From an uncultured delta proteobacterium (lineage in GTDB: Bacteria; Desulfobacterota; Syntrophia; Syntrophales; UBA5619): a DNA stretch of 64,000 nt. Numbering within the stretch: the stretch's first letter is position 1; every line of letters begins with the position of its first letter. Below the pieces are notes generated by a model that was given only the letters and a program-made list of their open reading frames with translations, did not search any database and was not told where the DNA came from. Below, one piece after another: positions 59,132-64,000 of the stretch. The DNA lies in the NCBI GenBank assembly GCA_963817385.1, contig CAWFOM010000006.1, positions 128,001 through 192,000 of the forward strand, read 5' to 3'. The position numbers were made by a program, and so were the translations under genes.

Positions 59132-60092
59132 TTATTCCGGCTGTATCCCCGCCTTGTCGGCCACCTTTTTGAAGTAGTCGGCCTGATTCTTGATCCAGGT
59201 CCGGGCCTCGTCCGGCGTCCCGTGGAACGGCTCAAGACCGTTCTGGGCGTTGAATTTCTTGAACTCCTCCGTATCCATGGCCTTCTTGAAGACGTCCACC
59301 AGCAGGGCCTTCACATCCTTGGGGAGGCCCTTGGGGGCCGCCATACCCATCCAGCGGCTCACCACGACGTCAAATCCCAACTCCCTGGCGGTGGGGGCGT
59401 CGGGGTAATGCCGCAACCGCTTGGTGCTCAGGGAGACAAGCGCCCGGATCTTCTTGGCCTCGTTCAGGGTGATCGCCTCGGAAACGCCGGGGGCGACCAC
59501 GTCCACATGCCGCCCGACCGTTGCGACCAGGGCCGGCGCCGCGCCCTTGAACGGGACGTAGCTCAACTGAATCCCGGCGGCGGCGGCAAAGGCGGCCACC
59601 GCAAGGTGCTGCGGGGAACCGTGGCCGGCCGTACCGACGGTCAGCTTCCCGGGGTTCGCCTTGGCGGCGGCGATGAAAGTCGGCGATGGTCTTATAGGGG
59701 CTGTCCACACCCACGACCATGATCATGGGGTCTTCCCCGGCCACGGCGAAGGGATCGAGTGTGTCCGGTGTCGGATAATCCTTCATCACGGCGGGGGCGA
59801 TGGTGTTGGTGGTCGTCAGGAGCATCAGCGTGTAGCCGTCGGGCTGGGCATTGAGGACCTCCCGCATCCCCATGAGCCCCGTCGCGCCGGTGATGTTTTC
59901 CACATACATCCTTCCATCCAGGGACGGGTTGACCAGGCGGGTCAATGTCCGCGCCATGATGTCGCTGCCTCCTCCCGCGGCCCAGGCGCAAACCAGTTTG
60001 ATCTTGCGCTCCGGATATTTTGCCCAGGCCGACGAAACCCCAAGGGCAACGATCAACATCAAAACGAAAAGGGCAAGCATTCTTTTTTTCAT
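59132..60092 (-). CDS. tctC: TTT substrate-binding protein (apparent frameshift near 59680)
   Basis: YPERKI, AAGGGSD, PDGYTL, YVPFKG and PDAPTARELG split across two frames. Confidence 0.88.
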
Positions 60093-60248
60093 CGCAGATC
60101 CTCCGAGTGAATGTTGGTTTTCTGGGAAACCTTGCAAAGAGCCGTCTGGAACCAGACACTAAACGGGTAAGAACCCATTTCGACGCGTGACGAGGATAAG
60201 AAATGCGGTCCGGACTGTCAAGGAGATTTACCAAAGATCTTTAGCAGA

Positions 60249-60326
60249 GCTGTACGATGGCCACGCGCGAGGAGATCTACGCCAAGCCTGAGTCCGCGGA
60301 AGAGGACGGGTCCGCTCCGCGGAGCT
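60249..60326 (+). pseudogene. Degenerate internal fragment of the ABC-F gene
   Basis: Aligns with 44347-44430 (CGCGCGAGG.GAT.TACGCCAAGCC.GAG...CGGAAGAGGACGGG.TCCGCTCCGCGGAGCT) with small indels. Confidence 0.8.
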
Positions 60327-60348
60327 TTAGGGTTGAATATGCCGTCAG

Positions 60349-63300
60349 CTATGTTCTACTCAGTTCATCCCGGATGGCCGCACCGATCCGTTCCATCGCA
60401 TAGGGCTTCTTGACATAGGCGCCTGCTCCCAGTTTCTGAGCCTTCGTGACTCTTTCCGTCTCGGAAAAACCGCTGACAAGGATGGCCTTCTGCTTCGGGT
60501 TGATTGCCAGAACCCTTTGGTAAGTCTCCAGACCATCGATCCCCGGCGTCATAATCATGTCCAGGACCAGAATGTCCGCCGTATGTCCCTGGAGGTATTC
60601 CACCGCCTCTTCCCCGCCGGAAACCACGTGAACCGTCATACCCCAGCCGGGTAAGCAATCGGGCGGCAACATCCCGCTGCTCGGCAATGTCATCCACAAC
60701 CAATACCGATTCTCCGTTCCCCATGTATCGTTCTATCGGCTCCTTCTGCTGCGGTGCGATCAGTTCCTCCCGGGTGACCGGGAAGTACAGCGTGAAGGTG
60801 GTTCCCGTTCCGACTTCCGTCTGTACATCGATATACCCGTGGTGATCTTTTACCGTTCCCCAGACAATCGACAATCCCAGCCCGGTCCCGCTCCTGCCCA
60901 TCGTCTTTTTCGTATAGAACGGTTCAAATATCTTCTCTCTATTCTCGGCGGGAATGCCCGTCCCCGTATCGGATACGGTCAGTACGGCGTAATCCCCTTC
61001 CTTGACCTCGTCATAGCCCCTGACGGCTTTGTCAAGATAGCGGCTCTCCGTCCGGATCGTTACCTCCCCCTTTCCGGAAATAGATTCCGCCGCGTTCGAC
61101 ACCAGGTTGATCAACGTCTTTTCCAGATGGATAGGGGAACCTTTGATGTTCAGAACATTCTTGTCGCACTCGGTCCTGAAGGTCACCCGGGGATGATAGT
61201 CCTTCATCTTCTCAAACACCGGGGTCTTGAGAAAACCGGAAACGACGCTGTTGAGATTGATCACATCCGATGCCGTGACCCCCCGCCTGGCCAGCGTGAG
61301 AAGGTCCTGAATGATCGCGGCTCCTTTCTCCGTGGACTGCAATATCTTTTCAGCGTGGCCCCGGGAGCGATGTCCCTCGGGAATTTCCTCCAGCAACAGC
61401 TCCGAGTACCCGCTCAGTATCCCCAGGACGTTATTCAGATCATGGGCCACGCCGCCGGCCAGTTGCCCGAGGGCCTCCATCTTCTCGGCACGTTGCAGAC
61501 GCTCCTCCAGACTTTTTCTTTCCTGCTCAGCACGCTTGCGGTCGGTGATGTCTCTTACGATGCCCCGAAATCCGGTTGGATGACCCTCACCATTCCGAAT
61601 GATTGATATGGAAACTTCGACATCTCTGCGAGCGCCATCTTTTCTGATAACCTGCCACTCAAAGTTCTTAACGGGTTTGCCCGTCAGGTAGACCCGATTG
61701 TAGGCTTGAAAGATCTTGCGGGCATTTTCTTCGTCTGCATACTGACGGTTATTCATCTTCAGCAGCTCATCTCTTTCATAGCCCAGGATCTTACAGACCG
61801 GTTCATTGAAAAAGGTAAAGTTCCCCTTGATGTCCACTTCATTATAGCCGTCCTCAAGACCTTCAATGATAGTTCTATATTTCCCCTCGCTCTCCTGCAG
61901 CGCCTCCTCCGCCTGTTTGCGTTCGGTTATATCATGGACTATGGTGATGATTCTTCCTGGAGTCTCTCCAGGTTTCCAGAGTCGTGATACGGTGATATTC
62001 GCCCAAATGACTCCCTTATCCTTCCCGAGGTATCGTTTTTCCAGATTGTAGTGGTCAATCTCGCCATCATACATCCGCTTGCTTAAACTCTGGTGCAGAT
62101 TCGCATCGTCCGGATGCGTGATTGCCATAAAGGTGGTGGCCAGCATTTCTTTCTCCGTCCTGCCCACCATCTGGCACAGCATCGGATTCACGGCGAGAAA
62201 ACGGCCTGTCCCCGCCTCCACTTGGGCTATGCCGACCGCAGCGTTTTCGATCAAGGTTCGGGATATCTTCTCATTCTCCTGCAGTGCCTCCTCCGTCTGC
62301 TTACGGTCGGTAATGTCCTCAACAAAACCTTCGAGGTAAGCCACTGTGCCATCGGAGTTGTTTACCTTGCGCACGCTTAAATTCGCGGTCAGAATAGTGC
62401 CGTCCTTGCGGCGGTAGCGATTCTCTGCGTAAACCCACCCAGCTTTCTCCATCGTGGCTGCGAGAAGATCCGAGCGATTTTTTGAATCGACGTAAATTTG
62501 AGTGCCGATGTTCGTGACGGTTGAAATCATCTCTTCCGGTGATGCATACCCCAGCATTTGAGATAGCGCAGGGTTTACCCGCAAGAACTTCCCTTCCGGT
62601 AGTGAATGAAATATACCGATCGATGCATTTTGAAAAAGATTCCTGAAATTCTCCTCGCTTACTTGTAGCGCCTGGCGGGTTTGTATTCGTTCCACCGCTT
62701 TTCCCAGCCGTTCAGCAACCGCTTCAAGCAGTTGCCCTTCCTGCCGCAAAAAAGGCCCATCATCACAGTCGGGCCGGGCTTCAAGGTAGCATACTTCCAC
62801 ACTGCCCGCCTGCACGCCGCGCAAGCTAATTGAGCACTGCAGCCGCCAGGGGGTTTGCGCGAAGTTGGCCGTGCTGAATGGATGCCTATCGAGTGTGATC
62901 CGTGAACAGGCGATGGAAGGGTATTGCATGGCCGGTGGCAATAGCTCAGCCGCGCCCTGTAGCAGCACCTCTATTGAATCGCCACTTGTTCCGGCGAGGT
63001 CGGACAGACCGTACACGCAATTCAACTCTTTGACCCGCTCACCCAGGTCGTGGGTACGGCGTTCCAGAGCTTCCTCCACCTGCTTGCGCGCGGTGATGTC
63101 ATAATTGACACCGATCATGCGCACTGGATTACCTTCCCGGTCCCTGATGATGTCGGCAATCGCTTTCACTATCCGGATACCGCCGTCGGGCAGAATAATA
63201 CGAAATTCTGTATCATATTCTCTTGCTCCCTGTAATGCCTGGCGGGATATCTCATCACTTGCCTCCCGGTCATCGGGGTGGAGCACGTTCAGCCAAGCCT

Positions 63301-63565
63301 CATAGGCCCTGGAAAAATCCTCCTTTCTAACACCGTACAAAGCGTACATCTGATCATCCCAGACCAGTACGTTCTTCCGGATATCCCAATCCCAGACTCC
63401 CATGTGGGCCACGCGGGTGGCAAGATGGAGTCGTTCCATCAGTGTGTCTAGATGCTCCTCCGAAGGCTTGCGGTCTGAATCCGATTTTTCCCGATCCTGG
63501 ATTCTCTGCTTCAAGAATGAATTCTTCGCGATCATTTCTTGATTTGTTTTGGATTGATCGTGCAT
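60349..63565 (-). CDS. Multi-PAS hybrid sensor histidine kinase/response regulator (apparent frameshift near 60635)
   Basis: Four PAS/PAC repeats, GGVAHDLNN, NLVSNA, DTGTG, GTGLGL, receiver LVVDD..LDMIM..KP. Confidence 0.92.
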
Positions 63566-63754
63566 CTGGTGCCCCCCGTTGTGATAAACAGTGTCGACTG
63601 GAAAAATATTTATTGAGGGATAAAGTTCTAAAAAAACTACCGGATACCCATTGAGATGTCAAAGGGAAAGTATGCCATTAGTCACTGCTTACCTGTTGAG
63701 TGTCGCGATATCGTGGTACTCAAAGGCGTGTCTGGTGAGAAATCGACTGAGGGG

Positions 63755-64000
63755 TTAGGGCGGGCACATGGCGCAGACCGAACGGAACACCTCCGTGGAA
63801 AGGTAGCGGTCCCCCCGGTCGGGGAAGATGACCACGACGGTCGCGCCGCGCGGCAGATCCTTGGCTGCCTGGATGGCGCCCCACATGGCCGCGCCCGAGC
63901 TTATTCCGCAAAACAGCCCTTCACGAAGGGAAAGGTCGCGGGTGGTGTCGAAGGCGTTTTCATCGCTGCAGCTAATGGTGAGGTCCAGCTTACTTGGGTC
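63755..64000 (-). CDS. Cysteine synthase family (CysK/CysM) protein, C-terminal part
   Basis: Manual translation: EGLFCGISSGAAM...VVIFPDRGDRYLSTEVFRSVCAMCPP*. Confidence 0.88.
   Translation of the reverse strand, partial: DPSKLDLTISCSDENAFDTTRDLSLREGLFCGISSGAAMWGAIQAAKDLPRGATVVVIFPDRGDRYLSTEVFRSVCAMCPP

Overview
Chromosomal window from a probable Desulfobacterota/Syntrophales-like deltaproteobacterium, inferred from the sirC-ccsA-hemA-hemC-cobA/hemD-hemB-ahbD operon. A GC-rich core block (24.2-37.2 kb: tRNA-Phe, RDD, rsmE, prmA, heme genes, polA) is flanked by accessory DNA. The accessory DNA carries five tripartite tricarboxylate transporter (TTT) binding proteins, organic-acid catabolic enzymes, a NitT/TauT ABC system, signalling proteins, a peptidoglycan-recycling-like operon and a RelE/HTH toxin-antitoxin pair. 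About 12 frameshifts, most in housekeeping genes, look like assembly errors. The most interesting observations are: (1) a three-copy element of RBS + short uORF (MRRxYRKVPI-like) + hairpin that looks like an undescribed leader-peptide attenuator; (2) an enolase paralog with a remodelled active site next to a divergent glycerate-2-kinase-like gene; (3) two integrase-less cargo blocks bracketed by duplicated gene 3' ends (polA, ABC-F); (4) a candidate stand-alone structured sRNA between att-like tRNA remnants; (5) miniature IS200/IS605-like and MITE-like elements; (6) an apparent AUC start for hemC. All alignments and folds were done by eye.
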